A program made the translations under genes and the position numbers. Below the pieces are notes generated by a model. It had not been told where the DNA came from. It made no database searches and saw only the letters and a program-made list of their open reading frames with translations. 64,000 nucleotides of DNA from Octopus vulgaris. Lineage: Eukaryota. Location of the stretch: the NCBI GenBank assembly GCA_951406725.2, contig OX597825.1, positions 22,506,001 through 22,570,000 on the forward strand. Reading direction: 5' to 3'. Shown here piece after piece: positions 1 through 12,372 of this stretch (its first letter is position 1; the number at the start of each line of letters is the position of its first letter).

Positions 1-124
1 CACATGAGACCCGACTTAATTGAAACGAGATAACTTTATGCAAAATTTCCTGCAACGAACGATGACATTGTTTTTGAGAAAGTCGCTTAGTTACAGGCTG
101 CACTTTCCAGGAGTTGGCGTAGCC

Positions 125-172
<48 letters not shown>

Positions 173-344
173 TTCTCTCTCTCTCTCTCGTTTGTTGTTC
201 TACTCTTCGTGCTTCTTAAAGTCAACCGTGAAAGATTCAGAGAAATAGCCATAGAAGACATAGAACAGACATGTCTTCTATGGCTATTTCTAAAATTTGA
301 AAAGTACTGAAGAAGCTTTCTATAATTAATTATTCTGCTCATGG

Positions 345-480
345 GCTTTGGGAATGTGTGTGCCACTCACGATCGGAAAATCGCTGTTTCGATTCCCAGA
401 CCGGGGTGTGCGTTGTGTTCTTAATCAAAGCATTTCCTTTCATGTGGTTCTAGTTTACTCAGCTGTAAAGGAATAAAGCT
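345..480 (+). mobile_element. Diverged tRNA-derived SINE (minor family C type)
   Basis: B-box-like GTTTCGATTCCCAGACCGGG followed by a tgtgttctt..caaagcatttcctttcatg CORE-like block; resembles 47345-47580, 14500-14662 and 60064-60180. Confidence 0.5.
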
Positions 481-925
481 GCAATGATTTAGCATCCCGT
501 GCACTGACTATGTGACCTCTGCTACTTACGCCCCAAAGAATCCAAATTCACAACCGAGTCCTAGAACATGAGATACTGACGTCCACGGCTTGAATATGAA
601 GAAGATTAGAACAGCATTCGATAATAGAACCACAAGCGTTTCAACTAAGATTTTCTCAGGTAAATATTGGAAGCACAGTTTAATGGATCATTGCAATCAT
701 GATGCCAGAGCATGGAAATATATATTTGGACGTGATTTGTCCCTCCGCGTGCGATAAAGTACCAACGACCAGCTGGGTACGACTGATTTTCCCCCTTCTA
801 TTTAATGACAATTCTTATGCCCAAATTAGAAGCGATTATTCTTTGACAGAAAGAAATAAGATGGCTCTTTGTTGGAGGAGCTCTATCTCTCTCTATCTCT
901 CCCTCTTACACAAAAAGAACATTTA

Positions 926-960
<35 letters not shown>

Positions 961-1404
961 CTATATTTGTATGTATGAATGTATACACATAAATATATTC
1001 ATACATACATTTACATACATACATTATTCAGAGTGTGTGCATGAGTAGGCATCGCAGAGATAATATCGTAGTTCGTTAAATATTTCGATTTCTCAAAGAA
1101 GGAAAACAAATGAATCGTAAACCGAAAATAATATGGTTAATGAAGTAAATGCTATTTTCTATCACTGTCAATAACGTTTCGCTAATTTCTCAAGTGAAAC
1201 TATTTGCCAATCTTATAAAATCATTTGATTTTATGGCTGCTTTAATGGCCGAATTTATAAGGTGTTCAATGAATATGTTTTATTCTTAACTGAAATAGTA
1301 CAATGAGTTTCTGAAATTATACCAATTCGAATAGAGGAAATTGAAAATACGGCGTAGTTTCTCCACATACATATATTAATCTCTCTTCCCTCTGCCTCTC
1401 TTTC

Positions 1405-1650
<246 letters not shown>

Positions 1651-2219
1651 ATTGTGTATGTATACATCCACAAGCGCATATCTGTATTGTTTCTTTATTT
1701 ATTTAAGTTTTGATAACGCATCGTTTTATTCCCGAAAAATAGCCTCATAGGCTTTTTGTTAAATTTTACTTCTTGCAGTTAAATACAGTGTACTTTGTTT
1801 ATCGTTTTTGATGCATCATTTCCCATTATCTTTATTTCCATTTTGGTTTCCATTCCACAAACTTGCCAAAAAGCTAACGAAACTATTCAAAGAAATGAAA
1901 TGGGTCTCCGATATATCCTTATGGATAAATGAATTAACTGCAAAAGTGTAATAACAATATAACCGAAACAGCCGGTAGTAACTACACAGAATGTAACAAC
2001 TATCTTTTAAGAACCGAGTATCTAACATGCTAACAAGAACTGTAAAATTTGAAGTATCAACACATAAACTGTGGAAGTAGCACGGACCCCCCACCCTTAC
2101 TCAGACTGCTATTATTTATGTGCAGTGGTCTAGTCCATTCTTACCAGGGGGTGTCGTACTCTTGCAGAACATTTCCCCTTGTCAGATTTCGTGTTCCAAA
2201 GGATTAAAGAAATTATATG

Positions 2220-2269
<50 letters not shown>

Positions 2270-4555
2270 CATAGTATCTCTTTTGCTTAGGCATTATCTC
2301 AAGATGTTCGGTCTGTTCTCATTTTCTCATGCTAGTTCTACGGGACTCTATTACATTTAGTACTGGTACATCGAACATTTCACAGAATACTTCCATGGGA
2401 ATTTCTTCCTGATATTGAACACCCCTCTTCCGTAGTTGGTTTATACCTCTCTTATGTTTACCGTGTGAGCCTTTAATTTGGTACACCATACCTCCATTTT
2501 TCTGGTAACAAAACCATTTTCACAGCCATCTTCCCATTTTTACCGTTTCTAGAGATTTTGAAATGCACTTTATCTCAACGTATTTGCTCGGCTCTTTCGT
2601 ATTTTCTATACCACTTATTTCTTTGGTAATAGCTTATCAAAAATTGATTTTACTCTTCTTGCGAACATCAATTCTGCCAGAGAGTTACCTAAATTTGTAC
2701 TTAGATTTAGGGTTCACTCTTTATATTCTTAAGAAATTAGCTAGCGCGAAACATGAATCACTGGTTTTGTACTTTCGTCTTCATATTTATGAAGTAGAAC
2801 TGCTCCGAATCTGATCACGGAAGGATCATACGCTACAATGTCCATTTCGGGATCGTAATGTGCGAACGACAAGCCTTCGATTAGAATTATTTTTATTTCT
2901 TCAAAAGTGTTCTGGAAATTAGTGTACTAATTCCACTTTACTCGTTCAATGGAGCTCTTTTAGCAATGTAGTTTTGATAATAGTTTGCCAACCCAAGAAA
3001 TGCGCTTGTAGATTTGGAATATTTGTCGGTTCAGGCAAATTCCTTATTGCGTCTGCCCACGACGGTTCAGGACGCCTACCGCTTTTATCAATTATTTGCC
3101 CTAAGTATTAAATTTAGGGTAGACAAAAATCGCATCTTTAGTCACTCAAACTGAACCCGAAAACTCTAATTTACCTAAACGCAGCTTTTATGTATCTCAC
3201 ATGTTTACGAGAATTACTCTCGATCAAAATATCGTCCAAGTATGGGATTGCAAATTCACAACCCGATAACATATTATCTATAATTTTCTGGAATACTGCT
3301 GGGACCACTTTCAATCTAAAATATAATCGTGTGTATCTGTACAATCCTCTGTATTTATCTTCAAATATTTTAAGCATTTTTCGTTTACTTTCATCTGTAA
3401 ACAGGTTTCACACAGAACTAATTTGGAAAATAATTTTCTAACATTTAACTTTGAAAAAATGTCCTCTGCAGTCGGGAGTGGATGGTGGTATGTTTATTAA
3501 GCAATCCTGTTCAATCCTGTAAAGAAATCGGCGCACAGCCTAATCTTTTTTATTTATTAAATTACATACCGTGGGTGCCACCCACCTTTTTGATGACTCT
3601 ACTCTTTTCGAGTCTATCCAAATTTTCATTTACGGTTTCAGTTGCCGCCAACGGTAATTTTCTGCTTGCTTTAAATACAAATACAACGTTTTCAATTACT
3701 TGGAAATAGGCTACCGTCATTCTACATAGATTTAAATCCACTGGTAACACTTGCGGGAACATTTATTTTTATTTCAGTTCTTTCTCCAGTTCTCCCGAAA
3801 ACTTGTTTTTAACGGGACAACCATTTATGTTATTGCAATAAAGATTTATGGGGAGGTGCCATAAATCGAATATTTCTAACCAATCTCTGTCAAAAAGATT
3901 GATTCTATTTTCAACAACGAATAATTTTGCTTCGCGTGTCTCTTCTCGAAGTGTGGCGTCGACACAATTTATAAAAAAGGTGACGTCGATGTAATTTATT
4001 GCCTGTTACACCACGCGCTATTTTCGCTGTTTTAAATAATCTCGGTTCGCCTTTTTTTTTTCCAAGTATCCGCATTTATAATCGAGATGTCACTACTTGT
4101 GTCTAACTGTAATTTGGTATTCACAGAATTTATTTTTACGTGCACGAATTTTTTTCATTTCCCGTAACAATCAATCTCTGCTGAAAACTCCTTAGAACTT
4201 TTTGTACTTGAATGTCGTAATCTTGTTCTGCAATGAGAACTCCTGTGACCCAGCATCCGACAACTATAGTACCTTTTGTTTGTAAACGGACAATACTTTT
4301 TGTAGTGTATGCCTCCTCAGCCATTACACAGATTGGGGCCTGACACATTATATTTTTTGTGTTTCTTGGGACGACACATTTGAATTTTTGCAGAACCATT
4401 ATTTTGTATTTTTTCCACATCATGTTTAAGACTTACCGTAGTTCGATTTTCTTCAGTGAGGGTCTGTAGAGATAAACTTTGGTTCGCTTCCTCCATTTCC
4501 AATATCTGCAGGTGCTATGGTCCTTCGGCGAAGATAAGTGAGGACACTGCCAAAG
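2270..4555 (-). mobile_element. Decayed Ty3/Gypsy LTR retrotransposon internal region (gag-pol pseudogene) with an internal deletion
   Basis: Minus-strand peptides in Gypsy order: zinc knuckles (HYKKYCPF..SCRMLGHRSSHC ~4230-4325), protease KLQLDTSSDISIINADTWK (~4065-4118), RT (HPLPTAEDIF; PAVFQKIIDNMLSGCEFAIPYLDDILI), LGLANYY, RNase H start (HYDPEMDIV; FGAVLLHKYEDESTKPVIHVSR), then integrase tail (NSLAELMFARRVKSIFDKLLP; NQLRKR); many stops and frameshifts. Confidence 0.9.
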
Positions 4556-5000
4556 ACACTCGTTACTCAAACTTAATCGTTATATAGAAATAGCCGATGC
4601 GGTGCTTAGTAAGACAGACCACATTATGTCAAGTCTATCGCTGATAAGTTTTCAATGCTTTTGTTGTCTTTATTTAACTCCCATTGCTTGGGTTGTTTAA
4701 CGTTATGCTGTAAAACAGTTGTCTAACGAGACGGAGAGGACAGATACGTCCAAACCTCCGGAAGTTGAAACAAGTTCGTAAAAATTTACCAGAAATATAT
4801 TACATACATAATTGGGAGTAAATGTAAGTATTGATTAATCGGATGTTGTACTGAGATCAAAGCTGAAAATTGATTAAACACAAACTTTTTTATGTAACTC
4901 ATCTCAATTCGGATAAATGATGATTTTAATCTTCATAGATTATTAATTTGATAAATATATAAGAATATGTAATAGACAAATAGATATATATGATAAATAT

Positions 5001-5408
5001 CTGTGTGGTAAGACGCTTGCTTCCCAACCACATGGTTCCGGGTTCAGTTCCACTGCGAGGCACCTTGGGTGGGTGCCTTCTTCTATAACCTCGGGTTGAC
5101 CACAGCCTTGTGAGTCGATTTGGAAAACTGATATTGAAAGAAGCCCATCGTATATATTTATATACGTATATATTCGTGTGTGTTTGTGTGTGTCCCCCAC
5201 CCCCGCAATAACTTGACAACCGATGCTGGTGTGTCTATGTTCACTTAACTTAGCGGTTCGGCAAAAGTGACCGATAGAATAAGTACTAGGCCTACAAAGA
5301 ACATGTCCTAGTGGGGGGCGGGCTATTCCTTCGACTAACACCCTTTAAAGCGGTACACCAGCATGGACGCGGTCACGTGACTGTCACAAGTAAAAGAATA
5401 TAAGAATA
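5001..5408 (+). mobile_element. SINE family A (tRNA-derived, CORE-type), 5'-clipped
   Basis: ctgtgtggtaag..GGTTCAGTTCC B-box, caccttggg CORE-like block, internal (TA)/(TG) tract, gtaaaaga tail; matches other A copies in the window. Confidence 0.85.
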
Positions 5409-5444
5409 AAATGATGTTGATATAAATGTTTATATTCTATGTTT

Positions 5445-5625
5445 TCTTCTTAAGCCTTTCTCTACTCATGGAGCATGAGTTAGTGACCCATATCCTCCAC
5501 TGTTCCAGATATTAGGATGTCTTTTCTGCTTCCCTCCAGATAGATTACTGCATTTTTACCTCTGCTTCTATAGTTTATATGTTCCCATGAGGGGTCATCT
5601 TTCTTTCCCATGTCCTATTACTTTT
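5445..5625 (-). mobile_element. Probable RTE-clade LINE 3' end remnant
   Basis: Minus strand reads TIEAEVKMQ*SIWREAEKTS*YLEQWRIWVTNSCS, resembling the RTE ORF2 C-terminal W.E...A..R..WR..V..LC motif, followed by an aagaagaa tail. Confidence 0.45.
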
Positions 5626-6095
5626 GCCATGTTGTCAATGATTCTCTATATTTGCTTTATAATCGGTAAGGTTGTTGGCCCTAGGCAATCCTACTTTTAC
5701 CTTTCGGAACACTTGATCCATATTAGTATTTGACAGTCAGCATGGGAAGCCCTACCAAGGTTTAGCGCTCTGCTGATATAGTTCTCGATGTTATTACGAC
5801 ACACAAGCCTCACATACAAAAAAGGGCAGGACATTCTGGTGGCCATTCTATACCTCTCACTTTTTATTTCCATTTCGTTTTTGGTTACATGAGCACGAAA
5901 AATAAACATTGGTTAATTGACAGTTTAATTAAAGACTGAATGAACGACGTAAAAAGTATACATCTTTAGAACTATTCTAAAATTGCTTATCTATAGAGCG
6001 TATTACAGCTACACACCTATCGTTAGTTTTCCGAACCTGGGGTTTCTCTGATTATTAAATATTACACCCTAGTTTATATTTTGACTTTATTTACA

Positions 6096-6589
6096 ATAGG
6101 CGCAGGAGTGGCTATAGGCGCAGGAGTGGCTATAGGCGCAGGAGTGGCTATAGGCGCAGGAGTGGCTATAGGCGCAGGAGTGGCTGTGTGGTAGTAGCTT
6201 GCTAAACAACCACATGGTTCCGGGTTCAGTGTCTCACTGCGTGGCATCTTGGGCAAGTGTCTTCTGCTATAACCCCGGGCCGACCAATGCCTTGTGAGTG
6301 GATTTGGTAGACGGAAACTGAAAGAAGCCTGTCGTATATATGTATATATATATGTGTGTGTGTTTGTGTGTCTGTGTGTCTGTGTTTGTCCCCTAGCATT
6401 GCTTGACAACCGATGCTGGTGTGTTTACGTCCCCGTCACTTAGCGGTTCGGCAAAAGAGACTGATAGAGTAAGTACTGGGCTTACAAAGAATAAGTCCTG
6501 GGGTCGATTTGCTCGACTAAAGGCGGTGCTCCAGCATGGCCGCAGTCAAATCACTGAAACAAGTAAAAGAGTAAAAGAGTAAAAGAGTA
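6096..6589 (+). mobile_element. SINE family A, full length, with a 5x tandem-duplicated 18-bp head
   Basis: (ataggcgcaggagtggct)x5 at 6096-6185, then the complete body and a (gtaaaaga)n tail. Confidence 0.92.
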
Positions 6590-7577
6590 TGCGTCTATTA
6601 TTCACCAACATAACTCTCTTTCCATTTCTTTCTGAATACCTCTTCTGAAGTTTTAGCAATGTTCCTAGCTTCAAGAAGATGTAGTTCTTTCGGATTTTCA
6701 ATATGTCTGTAGGCAAATACGATAAAGTTAAAATTGCATTATATTTTTTTTTTGTTTTGAATTATAATCAATTTATATTTATTTACATATTTATTCTATT
6801 GTTTCATTGTAACTGCGCATGTCATTCACAACTCCTCAGTACTGTTCATTTTTTCATTGACTGTGTTTCTTTCTCTAACAGTCCACCAAAAATTATAACC
6901 TTTAAATATTCTATTAATGTTTATTTCTCTTTACAAAAAAATATGTTTAGTAGTTGTGTATAAACTGTGCTAAACTGCAACTACTGTACTGTGGGTACGC
7001 TGAGAACGAATTACATTGTAAATATGATTACTATCAAGCAAGCCAGATATCAGTATGTGTATGTGTGTCTAGTTATATTTGTAGAGGGCTGTGTACGTAG
7101 ACATTATATAAATAGACCAGAGACAGAAAATGGAATTCACAAGATTCTTTTTTTTATAACCCCTTGAATTCTTTCAACTCATTTTTGTCCTTATAGCCCA
7201 TAGATGAGATGCTCTACCTTTTTTAGGTGACTTTTAAAAATTTTGCTTGCTATATCATCTTGCCGTTTCACTTTGTCGTATAATAATGTATAGCTCGGAA
7301 GATGTTGCATTCTAGCAGTTCTCAGTGGGAACTGAATGACACGATACACTTACAGTCAAACAGAATAAATAGAATACACAGATAAAAATATATGTATATC
7401 ACCCGAGGAGGTGCATGCTACACCAATGTTGCAAAACAGTTGATTGTACAGCATCTCGACTATGAGTTACAGGTGGGTGAATGAGTCGAAACAATTGCGG
7501 TTTTGGATGAAGAAAATCGGGAATTCTATTTTCTGCCTCTGAACTATTTGTGTGTATTAACACACACGCATATATAC

Positions 7578-7618
<41 letters not shown>

Positions 7619-7708
7619 CACATACTCTTATTTTGACAAATGGGCAGTAGAGCAAGAAGTACTAACAAAGAATTCGGCGTAAGTGTGAAGAAAAACCGCA
7701 CAAACAAC

Positions 7709-7829
7709 ATGATTAAAATTCGGGGCAAAGAGAAAGAAAACGCAAAAATACAACTCCGTGATATTTTTGTTCTCCCTCCAAAGCCCTTCCTCTATTTTCT
7801 TTACATCGCTATCATAAAATATGCCCCAG
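7709..7829 (+). repeat. ~120-bp direct repeat, copy 1 (copy 2 at 9518-9635)
   Basis: atgattaaaattcg.ggcaaagagaaa...ttttctttacatcgctatcataaaatatg.ccca present in both copies. Confidence 0.85.
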
Positions 7830-7989
7830 ATTCTTTTGTTTTCTATTTTGACTTATTTAGTTTCCTTGTACACTTCTTTAGCCTTTGTGTGTATGTTACC
7901 TTTTTGCTTTATATTTCTACGCATTTCAGACACGTGCTTTCGCCTGTCTGAGTACGTGTAGTATTTTGTTTGCTTCTGTTTTGCCTCAG

Positions 7990-8431
7990 ATCCCTACTTC
8001 TTAACATAGTCACCGTTTCCCTCAATAGCAATATTCCACCTTCGAATGAGAGCATATATCCCTGCCTCGTAAAATTCTGCTGACTGTTCTTTGAGCTACT
8101 TCTTCACTACAGTTTTCACTTCATCGCCACTGGACTAACATCTCTTCGGCCCCATGAAAGATTGTTTGGGAGGCAAACATTATTCCAGTAACGAGGAAGG
8201 GAAAACTGTAGTGAAGAAGTGACTCAAAGGCCAGTCAACAGAATTTTACGGGACACAGATACATTATCTCATTCGAAGGTGAAACATTGCTATTGAGAGA
8301 AACGATGAATAGGTTGAGAAGTAGAAATGTGATCCACAGAGAACCAGCTTCATTTTGATGATACATGTTCCTGTGTTGGTAATTATTCCTGTCCTAAACA
8401 AAATGGCATTACTTTTTGACTCACCCTTGTA
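7990..8431. mobile_element. Mariner remnant: two diverged transposase 3' ends in inverted orientation plus a right TIR
   Basis: + strand 8140-8324 HLFGPMKDCLGGKHYSSNEEGKTVVKK*LKGQSTEFY..IRR*NIAIERNDE*VEK*; the same C-terminus on the - strand at 7995-8134 (EVKTVVKK*LKEQSAEFYEAGIYALIRRWNIAIEGNGDYVKK*); end gcattactttttgactcacccttgTA is mariner-TIR-like. Confidence 0.85.
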
Positions 8432-9060
8432 CAAACTCAGGTAAATACACACGCACACGCACACAGACACCTATATTTATATAGTAGGAAATTCTCATAA
8501 AAATACCGTCTGATATTATTATATGACTTTCATACTTCCTAAATATTTCTATTCGTTTATTATATTGCAAATTATATAAGACTATATATTTTCTTTCTAT
8601 TAAACTCATGTATGCATTTGTTTCGTCTATAGAATACGAACAGAGAATTATAATCTTTGGAAAGAAAATTCCGGTGAGCACAGTTGTTACGATAAATCAG
8701 TCTTACAGGACTACACTATAAATACATGTAAGTTCACACTCTCTTTCTTGCTTAGTAAACTTATTATGGAAAGCACATTTAATGATATATTTTTAACACG
8801 GTGATTTTTTACTTGGTACTAACATTTTCGTATGTCTCGTGAGAGTCACGTTCGTAAAATATAAATTATCTTAAGAGTATAAAAAGTCTGTGTGGCTCTG
8901 TAGTAAGAAGTTTGCTTAACAACCACATTAAGAAATATTCATTTTATTACCTGAAAATAATTTTACGCTCAGAGTAACAGATTGAATAATCAGTTGTTTG
9001 AAAATAGACAAACATGACCGCAAGAACCGTCTGTTCTTTCTCCACTTTCTCACAATAAAG

Positions 9061-9450
9061 GTAGCTATGTGGTAAGAAGCTTGCTCTCCAAACACATTGT
9101 TCCAGATTCAGTCTTCTTATTTGAAACCTTGGACATGTGTTTTCTACTATAGCTTCGGGCCGACCAGAGTCTTGTGAAAGGATTTAGTAAAAGAAGCCCG
9201 TCGTATATACACATGTGTGTGTGTGTATGAGAGAGAGTGTCTGCCTTTGTGGATGTGTTTGTCTGCCACCACTTGATAACCAGTATCGGTGTGTTTACAT
9301 CCGCATGACCTAGCGGTTTGGGAAAGAGACTGATAGAATAAACACCAGGCTTTAAACTGTATGTCTGGGGGGTTGATTCATTGGACTATAAGTTCTCCAA
9401 GGCTGTTTCCCAGCATGGCCACAGTCTAATGACTGAAGCATGTAAAAGAA
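9061..9450 (+). mobile_element. SINE family A, old diverged copy
   Basis: Colinear similarity to 6168-6589. Confidence 0.8.
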
Positions 9451-9517
9451 ATTGTAAAGATAGAAATCGCCTCACCCGTAACTACTATATGACTGAATAA
9501 TTTTTTTGAATCCACCA

Positions 9518-9635
9518 TGATTAAAATTCGAGGCAAAGAGAAAATAAAAGCAAAAATATAACTCGTGATATTTTTGTTCTGCCTCCAAAGCTCTTCCTTT
9601 ATTTTCTTTACATCGCTATCATAAAATATGTCCCA
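9518..9635 (+). repeat. ~120-bp direct repeat, copy 2
   Basis: Matches 7709-7829. Confidence 0.85.
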
Positions 9636-10720
9636 ACTATCATAAAATATGTATACCAACGTCACCTGTTATGTTTTATAATCACTCACAATATAAATCT
9701 ACAATAATATTTAAGTAAACATTGCATATTTTCACCCACCTCCACCAGCTTACCTAAAGAATGGTATTACTTTCTTTTCAGTTCGTAAATATGTATTAAA
9801 CATCATTGCATGTGTGTTCGCTATTACTTTTCCAACAGTAGAATGTTTATAATAATAGCTGTATATATAATTCGAGCAAAATTTCAGAAATGAATTATTT
9901 CACGTTCTATCAAAACTTTCTAAATTATATATGAACCACATTTTGCAAATAATATTTATTTTACCATTATATCAAAGAAGAAAAGCCTGCTTCGCACCTT
10001 TATCGAACATAAAGAACGAAACACAAATCCGGCTTTTACTGAAATTTGTATTAACAATGAAATTTCAATACGACAATGCAATTACTCCAGCGACTTCGCA
10101 GTTCTCTCTAAACAATTATAGTTTTAAGAATCTGTCTTTGAATTTCACTTTGGCAAAATTTATTACACAGATGCCTCAAGCATATATGCATTTCTAACTA
10201 ATATTTATCAAATAATTTACGCTATATTTACCAGCTACAATGGCGAACATATATGTGCTTACAATAATATCAATCGAGAATATAGAATATCGTTCTTATT
10301 AAGTTTACATTGATAATAGTCCAATTTGGTGAATAACATATTCTAAATATGAACATATTTTATGAATGTTTGTTTCGTTGTATGTATTATAGGGAAATAT
10401 ATCAGATCGTAGAATTAGTTTTCGTTCATCTACCAACTAAGATTACATATCAAGCGATATATGTTCCTGTTGTTCAGTACAGGCTTGCCTTAATTGTGCA
10501 TTGATATAATAAACAACAGCTCATTCCGCATTCTCTAGTCATGATTGTAAATTTACTTTACTTAGGACCAGATAATCTAAGGTGTTTTTATTCTGAAGAC
10601 AGTAGCACAAATTTGAAGGGAAATCTTCTTGCTATTTCTGTTCGGTCGAATGACTCATCAGAAACCTCGTCATTGACACCTCTGGCTTTCATCAAATGAT
10701 TCCATTAACATATCTTGATC

Positions 10721-10754
<34 letters not shown>

Positions 10755-11359
10755 TTGCCATGGTGCAGCATAACACCCTGATGCAGTAGTTGGCAGTGGC
10801 TCTCAATGCCTTGATTCAGTACCAGGTTGTGGCTCACATGGCCTTTGATTGGAAGTGTTTTCATCTCACATGTTTTGTATTGGTATGAAAATATAGGCAA
10901 CAGCAAATATTTCACTCAATAACAAAGGTTCGTTTGTCAGTTGCTTGATCTTAACCAATTGGTCAGTCCCTAATTGGCTGATGATATGTGCATCTCTGAT
11001 CAAGAGCAAAAGTATTGGAGAAGCACCATAGCCATGTGTTGAGAGGAAATCTTTGTGGTTTAAATAATTCATCTCTAGAAACATAGGTGTTTCATTTATC
11101 ATCCTTAAACAAAATTTATTCAGGGGTCTTTTGAGCAAGAGGGGTTACTCAACCTGCAGAAAAATTCTAACTGGGTCGCATCTGCAAGGTCATGTCCTAG
11201 TTATCTTGATATGAATTCACCATTTCGCGCACATACGGTTGTGATGCATGTGTCTGGTGCACGCTTGTCAGACAGGTAGTCGTGTTGGGGATATTGGGCT
11301 TCGCATATTTGTACCCCAGGGTCACTTTGATGGCATGCGCTGCTTGTCGAATAATCCTG

Positions 11360-11507
11360 GGATTTAGCTGGTACTAATTTTACCGTCTCCGAAAGGATGA
11401 AATGCAAAGTCGAACTCGGCAGCATTTGAATTCAGAACGTAAAGACGAACAAAATACCGCTAAGCATTTTCTCCGGAGCGCTAACAATTCTGCCAGTACG
11501 CCGCCTT
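11360..11507 (-). mobile_element. SINE family B, older subfamily
   Basis: Reverse complement begins ggcggcgtactggcagaattgttagc..ggtatttt..gttctgaattcaaat..ctttgcatttcatcctttcgg. Confidence 0.8.
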
Positions 11508-11888
11508 ATTTTCAAATTTTAAATTAAGGCCTTCAAAGAGAATAGAAGTTGCCTGATAATTGACTTTACAGTCCCAAATGAAAAAAAAAACACATCAATA
11601 TGAGAGTTATAGAAAAACTAGCAAAGTACCAGGACCTAGTCATTGAGTTACAGAGACTATGGAAAGTGCAGGTAAAATGTATCCCAGTAGTTATAGGTGC
11701 GTTAAGACCTATCCCTAAAAATTTGAACAGATGGATAAAGGAAATGGGCATAAAACCCAGTCCAGTACATCTCCAGAAAACAACGTCATTAAGGGCAACT
11801 AGGATACTTTGGAAGGTTCTTGGCATCAAAGGTTACTTGTTGTAGCCCGATGTTAGGAATTTTTCTTTTCAAACAATCTAATCTATTG

Positions 11889-12026
11889 ATGCAGCACGGA
11901 TTTTTGTCAGTGAACAGGTCGCGGATTTTAGCGACGAAAATATTTTGACAAATTAAATTAAATGTTGAAGTGAATCGAACGGCTTTTGTGTGTTTCTTAA
12001 ATGGCTTACAAACACCTTCCACGCTG
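11889..12026 (+). mobile_element. 138-bp hammerhead-bearing mini-element (Penelope-like pLTR derivative) with a 10-bp TSD
   Basis: Flanked by taatctattg at 11879-11888 and 12027-12036; homologous to both arms of 51546-51832. Confidence 0.85.
11903..11952 (+). ncRNA. Minimal type-I hammerhead-like motif, G3-C8 variant
   Basis: TTTGTCA|GTGAACA|G|GTCGC-ggatttta-GCGAC|GAAA|ATAT|TT|TGACAAA: 7-bp stem I, 5-bp stem II, palindromic stem III. Confidence 0.65.
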
Positions 12027-12038
12027 TAATCTATTGTG

Positions 12039-12119
<81 letters not shown>

Positions 12120-12159
12120 TATAATAATAACAACAACAATAATTTCTTTTATTTAATCA

Positions 12160-12372
12160 TTTCTACTAAAGGCTCAAGACCTGTCATTTGGTGAGAAAGC
12201 ACTAGTCGATTAGATTGACCCCAGGATTCAGCTGGCATTTTTCTTATCGAAGCCGAAAGGATGAAAGGCGAAGTCAAACTCGGCAGCATTTGAATTCAGA
12301 ACGTAAAGACGGACAAAATGCCGCTTAGCATTTCTGTCCGGAATGATAACAGTTGTGCCAGCTCGGCGCCTT
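12160..12372 (-). mobile_element. SINE family B, older subfamily
   Basis: gaaaggatgaaaggcgaagtc..tttgaattcagaacgtaaagacgg..gctcggcgcc. Confidence 0.8.

Larger units (their letters stand above)
11570..12125 (+). mobile_element. R4/Dong-like non-LTR retrotransposon 3' end with (TAA)n tail, interrupted by a 138-bp insert
   Basis: EKLAKYQDLVIELQRLWKVQVKCIPVVIGALRPIPKNL..LQKTTSLRATRILWKVL is the restriction-like-endonuclease C-terminus typical of R4/Dong; it ends in (TAA)n, the known Dong target/tail. Confidence 0.8.

Noticed and set aside
4555-4790. 5' LTR of the Gypsy remnant
   Set aside because: No matching second LTR beyond 2270, so boundaries cannot be set
6074-6409. ORF with (ATPAPI)n repeats
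   Set aside because: Antisense translation of the duplicated SINE head
10757-11345. GC-richer segment abutting a (TAA)n tract, with a 90-aa minus ORF
   Set aside because: Probably a retroposon remnant, but there is no second copy or recognisable motif to classify it
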